64,000 nt of DNA from Octopus vulgaris (Eukaryota), in assembly GCA_951406725.2 (NCBI GenBank), contig OX597816.1, positions 82,584,001 to 82,648,000 on the forward strand. The letters run 5' to 3'. A program made the translations under genes and the position numbers. The notes below the pieces were generated by a model. The model made no database searches, had not been told where the DNA came from, and saw only the letters and a list, made by a program, of their open reading frames with translations. Each line of letters starts with the position of its first letter. Position 1 is the first letter of the stretch. Below, in pieces: positions 13,031-26,300 of the stretch.

Positions 13031-15309
13031 ATTGTTGTTGAGTCAGCCCTATTTGAATACGTCAATGATCAGTCATAACCATCCAGGTTTTTTGTTCAGT
13101 CATGGTGCAGCTTGGACTACATTATCTAGAGTTCATATGATGGTATGGTGTGATTTGAAGGAGATCTGGCTGTCATTTTTAGCAGCTCAAGCAACAACAA
13201 AGACTCTCTCATTGGCTTCTTGTATTCCTGTTTCCTTCGTTATGGTAGTTGTGGGTGTTTTTGTGGTATAAGCAACTGGATTGAATTCCTTGGGGATGAA
13301 GTATAAAAAAAAGCAACAACTTCTTTGTTGTCTTCTCTTGCAGTCACTACTAAACAGAAAAACAAACTTGTACATTGTGACCCCAGCACATCTCCTACCC
13401 ATACACATGAGATGACATGAACCAAAGACCATGGAAAGGAAGATTTCTTCACTGCCATCAATCTTTCAAGAAGGCAGAAAGGAAAATAATAGAACATTAT
13501 TTTATTTATAATTTTTACTTTTCAAGGAGTGATAATATTTTTCATGCCAGAATATTTGGAGTTAGAGTGCAGTTGACCTTAATTCTAATTTTGGCGCAAG
13601 GCCAGCAATTGTTTTTAGGTGTGTACGATCGTGGGGATTGATATTGACTAATACTACCCTAGTGCTTGACTGGTACTTTATTTCATTGACTTCAGAGGGA
13701 ATGACAGGCAAAAACTGAATGTAACAGGATTTGAATTCAGAATGTAGTGAACCAGAACAAATACTGCAAGGTAATTTTTCTTATATTCTAGCAAGTTTGC
13801 CAATCCACCACTCTATTCTCTCATCTATTAAATTATTAAATTTACGAACTAATTTAACACTGTCCAAACCTTTACTATTTCTACTAGGTTGATGGTTGTG
13901 AAAAGGCACCATGACAAAAATTATGACATAGCTGATTGAGTCAACAATACTTGAAAGACACTGTATTTTACCAACCCTGGCAGTCTACCTCAGTAGAATT
14001 TGAACTGAAAGCATATTACCCTTTTAAAAATAATAATAATTGTTTCTGATTTAAGTACAAGACTAACAATTTTGAGATGTGTGTGGGGGGGATTGTTATC
14101 ATCAGTCCCAGTACTTGACAAATTTTATCAAATTTGCTAGAATGAAAGACAAAGATGATCTCAGGCATATAATCCCATTTTGAGTGTCATCTATCATCTG
14201 CTTAGTTGGATCAACTCCTGTGAGTGAAATTAGGTACACAGAAACTACGTGGAAGGCTGTCATATATAACATGTAATACATGTAAGGAGTGAGATCTTCA
14301 ACCGAATTATCTCCCCTTAAAATGGTCCAAAGTGTACATCAACATATCCCAGGAGATCAGGGATATGAATATTGAAGTCTGAGGTTAGTTTGTTCATTTA
14401 TAACCCTTTAATGTTGTCTAACCTGTGCCAGAATGAAAGAAAAGTGGATGTAGAAATGATTGTCATTATCCATTTCAGATAAATTGAGAAAAAAAAAATT
14501 TTTTTCAATGGACATATCCTGGTTAGTAGAAAAGGAACATCATAAAATGGTTGGTATCAGAAGGGCCGTCTAGCTGTAAAACATTGCCTTAATAATGTCC
14601 CCAATCAGCCCATGCCAACATTGAGAAAGCAGATGTGAAAACGGTGACTATGACAATATAATTCACATACTATTTATGTGCTAATATTTGTTGTACTGCA
14701 TATAAACAACAGCTAGTGAACAAGAACACTAGATTAGTGTGAGCAAAAGTGTTCTGGAATACATAACCACAGCCGGTAGATGGCAGAAACAGAAGAGCAC
14801 TGGACAGAATGGTTGCAGTGTTATGATCTCTTTTTTTTTTTTTTTTCCTTTTTCTAAGTTTAAATTTCAAGTTGTTCTTTCATCCTTTGGGGTTGACTAA
14901 GTGATTACTACTCAAGTTCTGGAGTCAATTTAGCTGTACCCACCTGCAAATGAGAAATCTATGAAAGGTCAATGTGTTGTCAAAACCAGTAGGTCATGAA
15001 AATCAATTATTGTTAACATCATCATCATCATCGTTTAACGTTTTCTATGCTAGCATGGGCAGGACAGAATCTGTATCATTGACAATTTGTCAAATCCCCT
15101 AAATCATATGATAGGTAAATTTATATTTTCTATTAATGTTTTGTACTAGAAATTGATGCAGTTAAGAGAGAATTACATGTAATATTGGGTCCAAACCAAG
15201 TTTATATTAGTTTTACTTGATACCTATGATAATTCTGTATTCCAGGTTCACTCCCAGTGCGTGGCACATTGGGCAATTATCTTTTACTATAGTCCTGGTT
15301 CAACCTACA

Positions 15310-15452
15310 CAAGTTAATGTGTGAAAAACAAAATAGGAATTTTGAAAGAAGTTTCTATAAAACTAGTTTTAAACATCAAATGGCTATGGGGGTCCACCTA
15401 AATAAAATAACAATCAAAGGGGTCCATAGATATAAAAAATGGTCAAGAACCT
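15310..15452 (-). mobile_element. hAT-type MITE end fragment
   Basis: Reverse complement of the caggggttctcagcc... element at 49374-49590. Confidence 0.5.
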
Positions 15453-15469
15453 CTAGTTTAGATCATTTT

Positions 15470-16694
15470 CATCATCATCATCACTTAACATCCGTTTTCC
15501 ATGCTAGCAAGGATTGGATGGTTCAACCGGCATCTGGGAAGCCAGGAGGCTGCACTAGGCTCCAGTCTGATCTGGCAGTGTTTCTACAGCTCGATGCCCT
15601 TCCTAACACCAACCACTCTGGGAGTGTAGTGGGTGCTTTTTATGTGCCACTGGCACAGGGACCAGAGGAGGCTGGCAATAGCCACGATTGGTTGGTGCTT
15701 TTTATGTGCCGCTGGCATGGAAGCCAGTAAAGGTGGCGCTGGCATCGGCCACGTTCGGATGGTACTTTTTACGTTTCCACCAGCACGGGTATCACAGCTA
15801 CAATTTCCATTTCATTTTCATTTCGATGTTGATGTATTTGACTCAATAGGTCTCCTCAAATACAGCAGGTCGCCCTATGGTCCAAGGTACTTTTGAATGG
15901 GCTGGGGCTGGTTATGCGAAAGTGGTGTAGGATACAGCCGTGAGCTCACTTTATTTGCTGGGTCTTTGCAGTCACAGCATATCTCCAGAAGTCTCGGTCT
16001 TTCGTCATTGTCACTGTAAGGCCCAAAGTTCAAAGGTCATGCTTGACCACCTCATCCCGTCTTCCTGGGTCTACCTCTACTCTGGATTCCTTCAACTCTT
16101 TGGGAGTGGCACTTCTTCACACATCTCTCCTCATCCATCTGGTACATGACCAGATAGATGAGGAGAGCCTGGTACATGACCATACTAGTGCAAACGTCTC
16201 TCTTGCATGGCACATCCTATGCTTCTTATGTCCAACATTTCTCTCAGGGCGCTTACACTCTGTCGTGTGTGCAAGCTGACATTACACATCCAGCAGATCA
16301 TGCTAGCTTCATTTCTTTCAAGCCTATGCATGTCCTCCGCAGTCACATTTCACTGCTGTGAAATATGGCAGTTTGCACACTTGCATTGTACAATCTAGCT
16401 TTCACACTGAGCAAGAATCCCTTTGTTGCCAGTAGGGATAGAAACTTTCTAAATTTTGCCCAGGCTATTCTTATTTTAGTGGTAACACTCTCTGAGCATC
16501 CACCCCGACTACTAACTTGGTTACCTAGGTAGCAGAAGCTATCAACTACTTCTAGTTTCTCCCCCTAGGGTGTGATGGAATCTGTTTTCTGAGCATCTGT
16601 GGTGTTTATCACCCCTGTGCATCTGCCACACATGAAAGCTATCTTCTCAGTTAATCTTCCTTTGATGTTGCTTCACCTCTTATGTGTCCATAGC
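15470..16694 (-). mobile_element. 5'-truncated RTE LINE (RT C-terminus, 3' UTR, GAT tail)
   Basis: Colinear similarity to 57853-59200; (CAT)n on plus at 15470. Confidence 0.9.
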
Positions 16695-17542
16695 GTGTGG
16701 CCTTGTACCAATGGGCAAAATCTTTAATTCTTTACATTCTGAGTTTAAATCTGGTGGTGTCGACATTGTACTTCACCTTTCCCAGATCAACAACCAAAAA
16801 CAAAAAAAAAAAAAAAGCTGTGGACAACTTAGTCAACTCTTCTTCCTAATAAAAGTGTGGTTTTGTGTCAACATAGAAAATCACTATTTTAGCTGTCACT
16901 TCCTTTATGTTCCAAATCAAATTCGGTCTTCGTCAACTTCACTTTTCCTTCTTTCAATGATGATAAAATAAGTTATTTACTAAGTACAGGGATCAAAATT
17001 TGTGACTGTGCCAAAGCCGGAAATCAATAACAGGAGAGCAAGTTTTCTCAATGACTTAACCATTTATGCAATCTCTTAACATTCTTTGAGATCATATTAG
17101 TTGCTTCTTTATTCTTTTACTGTTTTCAGTTGGGAAAGTCACCACTATTAATCAAAGAGGTTTTTGCTTTTTTTCTTATAATTAGGCCTACAATGTTTGC
17201 AACCGCATAGCATCCCTTACAGATGAACGGAATCCTGAAGTAGGGCATATTTGCACTTTCTTAGTAAAGGTGGGTTGTACTTTTTTTTTCAGCTGATGTA
17301 TTTTCTCATATTGAGGTAACTGTAGTTTTAGATATATTACAAGGTCTAGAAATCAAAGGTTGGGAGACCTAATGCTGTTGTTTAATAAGTATAGTTATTG
17401 TGTACTGGTATTGTTGAATGAAACCAGATATTCCTATCAACTCAATCATCTGAGTGTTCAAGATAAATGAAGGTAAATAAAATTGACAAGTATTCTATGT
17501 CCAAAACAAAATTCCTCAAGATAAACCCCAACCCTAATGAAA

Positions 17543-18082
17543 TCATCATCATCATCATCATTTAACGTCCGCTTTCCATGCTAGCATGGGTTGGACGGTT
17601 CAACTGGGGTCTGGGGAGCCCGAAGGCTGCACCAGGCCAGTCAGATCTGGCAGTGTTTCTACAGCTGGATGCCCTTCCTAACGCCAACCACTCCGAGAGT
17701 GTAGTGGGTGGAATTTATGTGCCACCGACACAGGTGCCAGACGAGGCTGGCGAACGGCCACGCTCGGATGGTGTTTTTTATGTGCCACCGACACAGGTGC
17801 CAGATGAGGCTGGCGAACGGCCACGATCGGATGGTGTTTGTTACGTGCCCACAGAACGGAGGCCAGTCGATGCGGTACTGGCTATGGCCACGTTCAGATG
17901 GTTTTCTTGTGTGCCACCGGCACTGGTACCACAAAGATACAAATTCCATTGATGTTCATCTATTTTGATTTGTTTTGATTTTCACTTGCCTCAACAGGTC
18001 TTCACAAGTGTCACAAGAAGGAAGGTATGCACAGGTGGACTGACTACGTCCCAGGTAGGGGCCACGGGTTATGGCCTGACTA
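17543..18082 (-). mobile_element. Young RTE 3' UTR fragment with a 63-bp internal tandem repeat
   Basis: (CAT)n tail, high similarity to 57853-58470, CpGs retained. Confidence 0.85.
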
Positions 18083-18179
18083 GGAATTTCCAAGAGAAAA
18101 CAAGCTTTAGTAATTTCCTGTTTTATTCAGAAACACAGAACTTAGTACGATAATTAATAACACATTTTACCCTCTTATA

Positions 18180-18586
18180 CGAGTGAGATCGTTGCCAGAG
18201 CAACAAGCTGGCCTCTGTGCCGATGGCATGTTAAAAACACCATTCAAGCGTGATCGTTACCTGTGTTGCCTTACTAGCACTTGTGCTGGTGGCATGTGAG
18301 AAAACATTCGAGCGAGGTCGTTGCCAGTGCCACTGGACTGGCTCCTGTGCAGGTGGCACATAAAAAGCACCATTTGAGCATGGCCTGACTGGCTCTCGTG
18401 CCGGTGGCACATAAAAGCACCCACTACACTCTTGGAGTGGTTGGCGTTAGGAAGGGCATCCAGCCGAAGAAACTCTGCCAGATCCGATTGTAGTCTGGTG
18501 CAGCCATCTGGTTCACCAGACCTCAGTCAACTCGTCCAACCCATGCTAGCATGGAAAGCGGACCTTAAATAATGATGATGATGATG
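18180..18586 (+). mobile_element. RTE 3' UTR fragment, inverted relative to 17543-18082
   Basis: ggttggcgttaggaagggcatccagc...ccatgctagcatggaaagcggac followed by (GAT)n. Confidence 0.85.
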
Positions 18587-19415
18587 AGAATGGTGGTTTG
18601 GTAGAAACAATGGTGATAGACAAAATGTCTTGCAGTATATACGTACATTCTTTATATTATCAATTGAGAGAGAGAGAGAAAGAGAGAGATAAGTAACATT
18701 GATTAATTGTAGAAAATATTTTAATATTTCATACAAAATAAAACTTAAAAAAAAAAAAAGAAAAATAGTATAAGGTTTTGCAATTATTAACCTTTTAAAA
18801 GATCATGTGCTGACTACTATATCTATTTTCAATAGTAGTAAGAACCAAGGTCTCAAATACATTTACAAGTAGAAGCAGCCAATTACAAGTTTTTTTATTT
18901 TTTTTTTATTTGTGATTTTTTTCGTTGATGGATGCAACATATTTCTTTTGTTTTTTTTTTAAATCTTTTTTGTTTTCAATTAATTTTCTGTTACTCCAGT
19001 TCATTTCTTATTGACTAATAATTACATCAACAAAAATAACCCTGATTCAGCAATTTGGACTGTACAAAGTGGAGGTTTGAAAACAAAGCAAGTTTAAAGA
19101 AGGAAAGAGAAAGAATAATTTTATTTTACCTTTCTGGCTTAGCTTGATTTCTGTAATTAAAGACACTAGTTTTTATTTCTACACCCTGCCCACTGGAGAA
19201 GTGCACTGAAAGTTAGGAGAAATGTAGTAAAATACCAATAGCAAGTTAATCGACCAGCAATTGATGTGTATTCACAATTACATAATTCCATTTGCTATTA
19301 AATACTGAGCTTATGTGCAAAACTAGAGAAAAAATAGAATTAGAAGTGAAAAAAAAGAGAACGGGTTAGTTCTGATTCTTTTAACTTTAAGATCACAGTA
19401 AGATTTCAATCATAG

Positions 19416-20319
19416 TTAAGAAGACAAGTAAAGCTCCTGTTTATCTTTGTCAGACATTGTTAAAAGTTTTTGGTTGAACTCTGTAAAGTCCACATAAGAT
19501 TCTACCTTGCCATCATTGTCCAAATGCAGTCTTGGAGTGGAATGAGTATGGATGTGGATTGAGTCACCACTGCTCTGCGTTGAATTTGTATTAGTACCAG
19601 TTGCAGTACTTGTCTGAGAATTTATTGTTTGTTGTGTTGAGGAAGGGCTATTCATGGTGGTTTGTGTCGACGACCGACTACTATCACTTTCGTTTGTATT
19701 AATGGGAGACATATGAGGCACGTGATGGATCGCAATAATGGAAGAGGTGCTACTAGTGGGGCCAACACTGCTTATTAAGTTATTCACCCCAAAGGGCATA
19801 ATGTGTGATAGCTGAGTCGGGCTTGGACCGACCAACTGAACAGGGAGTGGTGATGTAGAGTCTGAAATAGAGCTACCACTTGATATCTGAGAGTACACAC
19901 GTTGAATGACAGGACTGGTTGCATGATGTGGATAGAAGTGATGTTGAATTGATATACGAGGTCCTGTTGGGCTGCTATTGCTGCCTCCAAGGGGATAGCT
20001 GAAGCTGCGAACAAGGAGTGAAATATCTTCCCGCGAATGTACATGGAGGTGCCACTCTGGTTTGTTGTGAGCATCTTGGTGATAACTTACAACTCGATTT
20101 ACTACTGCTTGAGCAACACACTTCAATGAGGTTTGATGTGAAAATTCTTGTGCTACTAGTGAAGCAATATAGCAGTTGGGTGGCTCAGTAATTGTAGGGA
20201 TGTCCTCTACGGCTTTGTATAGGCCATGTGACATAATTAATAGGAAAGCAGGTGAGCTATCAATTGTAAAACTATCACACAGGTAAGGTTCTGCAATTAC
20301 AGGTTCAGATGTTGCAGAT
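19416..20319 (-). CDS. TAB1: TAB1 exon 7 (terminal coding exon)
   Basis: Acceptor ttctttccag; SATSEPVIAEP...FLLIMSHGLYKA...REDISLLVRSFSYPLG, Ser/Thr-rich linker, GKVESYVDF, stop TAA. Confidence 0.95.
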
Positions 20320-23300
20320 CTGGAAAGAAAGAAAAATATAACATAGAAACAAGGTTTTAAGTGGTGTCAGAACAAAAAAAAAAAGCAATTAAATTAAAAA
20401 CAAGTTTAAAACCTAACATTAGACCTTATAACACACCAATGTGCTAATATCATTTACATTAAAAACTTAACAGTTAATTCAAAACATTTTTAGCAGGAAT
20501 CAAGCAGTGATACTAGGGGCTAATGTGAATTCACAGCCTATGAACTAGTAATCCAATATCATATCTTCTTGGCCATTTCATTTTTGTAGAGAATAAAAGA
20601 TGGAGGAATGATTGCCACTGGTTAGTAAACAGTATGGCTTCAAAAACTGATATCAAGGAACTCCAATTCAAAAGACATCAGACACCAATGTGAGTAGGGA
20701 GCCTATGTACTATTGACTGGCTAAAAATAGTAGCCACCTCTTAAACAAAGAGATATATTGAACTCCAACCCAGAAAACACCTGCTGCCAATGTGAAGATA
20801 TAGCCTAGGCACACTTTGTATACCTGCTAGAAATAGCAGTCACTTCTGTTAAAGAAAAAAGAAAGAGAACAGTGGAAAATGTAGACCCAGAAACTACTAA
20901 AAAGCTACGCTGGTCATGAATGGGACTTCTTTTATCATATGCCTGCTGATCAAAAATAAACAATAAAAAAAGGTTAGTAGTCAGTTTTTCATGTAATCTA
21001 AATCAGCTTATTGATTTAATAATTATAATGAAATAGAATCAAAATATATCTCCCTACCTGAGATTCTCAATATCTTTGTAGCCAGCTTTTACGCTATAAT
21101 CACCAATACAACGAGTGTTTTCAGACTTCCCTAATTTGCGAACAATTTTCAATTTTTCAACATCTAAACCCAAATGCAGAAGACGTCTAAGCTCTTCATC
21201 ATTGGAGACAGTGTGGTCAACAGATAACTGGTTGACGTGAAGTGTTCCATTTTCTGACTTACAAAATAAAGCGCGGGTATTTCCTATAAAAAAAAAATGA
21301 AAGAAAACCTCATAAGAAATAGATTACATATTTCAATTTATAATATTTTTTTTAAATGACACAAATATCCTAAATTTTAGTGTTCTAAAGCTGACTTGGC
21401 CATATAACCCACACTACAACAGACTGGTCTTATTGCTGAGCTTGATGAGACCCGTCTATCATGACAAAAGTGAGATCCTAAAAGCATTAAGTATATGTCT
21501 AAACACTCATCAGGCCCTGTCTGTCAAATTTCCCCATGGCTCATCTTCCTAACACCCATCCCTCCATCACACTTCTAACAATGACACTTTTCAGCTGCAG
21601 TAATCACAACAGCAAAATCTTCACATATTTCTTTCCTTTGTACTACTAGTCACCTCCCTCTCTCTCCTGAAGTACTTCCTTTAGCATCCATTCCTTATTC
21701 TCAATATGATCCCTTCCCATTTTATTTTCATCCGAGCACTCCTTTCTGTATATCCAGATATCTCACTCTCTCATATCAGCTAACACACTCAATACCTCTT
21801 GCATCCATAACTGCAGTTGATGTTCCCCACTCACTACATGCACCACTATGTACCTTTGACCTCCATCCTTATCCCTGTGCATATCTCTCTACAACTTTAT
21901 ATCACTGTTTTCCACTCTTTCTGATCAGCCACTTATCACCCCTTCCTTAAGCTATCTTTCATCTTCTCTTTCAAACTGATATCTATTGTCAATTGTACTT
22001 TTACTCTCGTACAAAATTCATTACACTAACCCCAACTTCCATCTCTAACCACCTGTCACTCTCCTCTCACTCCTATGACTTTATCCACCCACCCCTCCTG
22101 ATTCTCAATCTGTATAATCTTTTATATTCACTTTCTTGTACTTTGAGAATATGCTAAACACCTCATCATAAACATCATCATCTTTCCATCTACTCCCACC
22201 CTTATATAATGTGAGGTAACTGTGCATGTTTTGTATGGCAAGACACCAGTACCTGTACTTCTACTATACTTTAGCATCTCAACATCAGCTTTATCATTAA
22301 CATCTGTTTTCCATGCTGGCATGGGTTGGATGGCTTAACAGGCTGCACTAGGTCCCATAGTTTGTTTTGGCATGGTTTCTACAGCTCTTCCTAATACCAA
22401 CCACACTACAGTGTACTGGGTGCTTTTGTATGTGGCACCATCACCAGTGCTTTTTAAGTGGAACCAGCACACCCAGTAAAAAGCCATCTTCCCTTCTAAT
22501 ACAACTCCACTCAGTTGAGAGGATTTTTCATTTCTTTCTTTCATGCAAGTTACTTGGTGACCTCACTGGTGCTGCTACCACGAAAAGGCACCCAGTACAC
22601 TCTCTAAAAGTTGTTGGTGTCAGGGAGAGCATTCAGTTGTTGAAACTATTCTAAAGCAGACACCGTTGCCTGACAGTCCTCTCACTCATTGGATCCTAAC
22701 AAATCATCCAACTCATATCAGCATGGGAGACAGTCATGAAATGATGATGATTATGAAATGTAGTCAAATTTTATCTTTATAAGAGAAATCTACTATAATA
22801 ACACTCTTTTGAAGTAAAAGAAATGGTTAAACGTACAGTTAATGTTTTTATTTTCTATGCATACAGTGAAGAATAGTGTCATTGTTTATAGGTTTCCAAC
22901 AAACGAATCTGTGCTTCACTTGAAATACAGCAATTTGTACAGTTTGGATGATTTTATCTATTGCCAATGGAATTTTATAAAAAAATTTAGTATTTTATTC
23001 CTCACTAACCAGACACAATTGTCTCTTCAATTCCACATATAGATATTTAAAAAAAAAAAAAAAGAAAAATGTAACCAGAAAAATGTCTGCTTGGAAGTCA
23101 CATAGTTCTGGGTTCAATTCCACTGCAAGGTATTTTCAACAAGTGTCTTAGATCAACCAATGTCATGGAAACTGCTCAGAAATCCACTGTATATGTGTTT
23201 TCATTTGCTTCTCTTTATTTCAAATAGAAATAGCCAGTCAATAAATAGATCAATAATATAAGTACCAGACTGTAATAAGTCAAGGAGTTGCTATCATTGA

Positions 23301-26300
23301 TTAAACCTTCGAAAATGGCACACAGCATGACTGCCATCTGATGAGAAACCAGTAAAATAACAAAAGACAAAAACAGAACAAAAAGATTTATAGAACAACT
23401 TACCAACATTAATAACAAATAGCTTGTTATGGTGAATAAGTGCAACAGTAGCAGTAGTACCACCAGAAATTTTGGCTTCAACTTCTTGGAGTTTCTTTTG
23501 AATGTCTTGAGATGGTTTATAATGCATGTTCTGTGTTTGAAAGAAATTCAAAGTTTACTTAATAAATAACCAAATAAAAATATTTCCATAGCGAAGTGAA
23601 AGAGGAATAAATTGGAACTGAAATTTTGTTTTTATTACAAATATTTTTACACACGAGTAAAATTAGCAGGCTTCAAATGTCCACACATTAAAGTTGAGGA
23701 GTATGATAAAATATATTACATGTGGTTCCAGGTTCAGTTCCACTGCATGGCACCTTGGGCAAGTGTCTTCTACTATAGCCTCAGGCCGACCAAAGCTGTG
23801 TGAGTGGATTTGGTAGAAAGAAAGCCCGTCTATATGTATGTATATATCTGTCTTTGTGTCTATGTCCCTTCACCACTGCTTGACAACTGGTGCTGGTGTG
23901 TTTACGTCCCCGTAACTTAGCAGTTCAGCAAAAGAGACTGATAAAATAAGTACCAGGCTGTTAAAAATAAGCACTGGAGTTGATGCATTTGACTAAAAAC
24001 TCTTCTAAGCAGTGCCCTAGCATGGTCACAGTCTAATGTCTGAAACAAGTGAATGATGTGAAAACATTTATTTGGACAAGTCCCAATGTATATCCCAGTT
24101 TTCAGGGAAGGTACACTGTATTTCTGCATGTTGCACAGGGTGACAAAAGGAGTTTGTATTGGAAAGAGCATCCAGCCACCTTTCGCATTCAGATTACTGT
24201 TAAATGTAATGCTTATTTATTCACATTAAAAAAAAATTAATCATTATCTTGTAGCTTTAAGATTTCAATGAAGTGATTATTTATTATAAAAATAACATTG
24301 TAAAATCTATGTAAGAGACCATGCCTGGCTGGTTTGAACATAAAACATGAAGAATATTTGGGCTGGATATGGCCAGTTTAAATGCTAATAAGTGCCTACC
24401 CAAATCAGGCTTGTATGGTAAAAAGGCATAAATATGATAAGAGTGACACATGAACTGTCTTTGTTACTGATACAAAAGATCCTATGTGGTAAACTTTGTA
24501 GTTGCAAGAGCATGTAGATAGGTCTTTAAAAATACCAACTCACCTCCCTTATTTGTAACTGTAAAGCAGCTTTTTCGGAAAGAGGGTCGTTGACAGTTTC
24601 AAAATATCCTCTTTCAACAGCAACAAAGGCCTTCAAAAGAAAATAATATATACGTTCAAATAGCAACTGGGTTTTTTTTTAGCACAACTATGACACTGTG
24701 CTCCTAGGGTTACAGAACAATGTGTGTCATTGTTAGGTACATAAATTGTTATGTTAGTATGAGAGCATCTCAAAAATGTATGTACAGAAAATCTCTTCAC
24801 AGTATATGACTAATTTGAACACAAAGCAATATTTTGTATCTATTATCCTCCTCCAATTTCTTTAGTTTGTAAAAAAGAAAAGAAAAAAAACTCACATTTG
24901 AACAGTTTGATCCCATGTGTCATGTAATGAGCACAAATTAAAATGGTATTTTACAAGCAAATAGTAGCATCACCACAACAACCACCACAGTATCAGAAAA
25001 GAAGGGATAAACAGTTAGAAAATATTGTTTTCTGTCACTCAACTGACCTATTTTATAGCACTTAATTTTCTCCTCAAAGAACTCCATATTGCTTTTAACA
25101 TTCAAACTACCAAAATCTGGTCACCGTAAAAGAAAGTGATATTTGTTTCAAACTGGACATACTCAGCCTTCTCAACTATATTGGCAGAAGAGATCCTCCA
25201 TAGTCATTTCGAAAAGCTCTACCTGCGACGATTTCATCTCAATCGAAGGAGAGGAGCTTTCTCCGTCCGGGTTGCGGATCCGTGGAACAAGCTGCCAGAC
25301 GAGATGGTGAAGATGCCAACGACCGCTTTGTTCAAAGCCTCCCTTGACCTCAAGTGGCCTGAACTCTTTACATGAACACCACCCTGTACTTAACTCCATG
25401 TCCCCCTACATGGCCTTGCTATTTGCTTTTGAGCCAATTTAACTAACTAACTAACTAACTAACTAAATCACATTTTCCTTCGCTTCATCAGTTTTTTTTT
25501 TCTTTAAACGAACATGTCAGTTAGTATTACAAATAATAAAAGATTAAAACCAAGATCACCTGCTTGTAATCTTACATTTGTATAATAGCAAATCTAACTA
25601 TAAAACAAAGTAATTCTAGACAGGATTCTGATAGAAACAAAGTAGTGCCCAAATTGACCTATCACAATCATTATCTTGAATGCTAGCATTTTAATTGTTC
25701 AGCCAGTTGCTTCTATGTCATATCTTCAAACAACTGAACAGAGCTAGTCATCCCACAAAACCAATGACATCATGGCTGCAACAAAATCTGAACTCACTAA
25801 CATGTAATCATTCGTTATTAAAGTATTAACCATTATAATTTGATGTGTGCACCTACACATAGTCTTTTGGAGGATTTCTGATTTATCTAAGTTCACACAT
25901 GAGTAGGGAATTAGACCTATGATAAGTTCACTGTTTCATTTTCCTGAGTTCAAATACATTCAGTGAGAATTACATATGAGGTTTTGCTCAACAGCTATGT
26001 CCCAACCTATATAAAAAGACGTTTAACCCTTTCATGACCATACTTCTAATGATATGCACTGCCTAAACTTTTCAGTAAAGCTTGAAAATAATAATAAAAA
26101 AATTAAGTATTTAGTAAAATAATTTAGTAAAATGATATGTGTTTGGAGCATAATATAACAAGAGATTTTTACAAGAAACTATGATGGGATATTTTGAATT
26201 AAGATATGAACATTTCAAAATGGGCAGTTTGGAATCCTAGAAGAAGATGTAGTCTTTTGAGTAATCAGTAGCAGCAGTACTATAGCACCACTGAAGAGGG

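Noticed and set aside
13187-13500. Non-repetitive-looking segment as a possible exon of the left-edge gene
   Set aside because: No recognisable protein or convincing splice pair; needs RNA-seq.
17578-17968. 124-aa ORF with an internal repeat, and similar ORFs at 15317, 52220 and 57906
   Set aside because: Antisense reading of the RTE 3' UTR repeat array; the apparent paralogy is repeat homology.
17703-18420. Repeat-spacer pattern superficially like a CRISPR array
   Set aside because: Eukaryotic LINE UTR: spacers are related to each other, units are irregular, and there are no cas genes.
19784-20074. 96-aa alternative-frame ORF within TAB1 exon 7
   Set aside because: No homology or independent signals; expected by chance in a long exon.
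21430-21490. Possible Penelope-type hammerhead ribozyme (ttgatgagacccg...), also ctgatgagaaac at ~23338
   Set aside because: Could not assemble the CUGAUGA/GAAA core with three helices; the second site is within a SINE tail.
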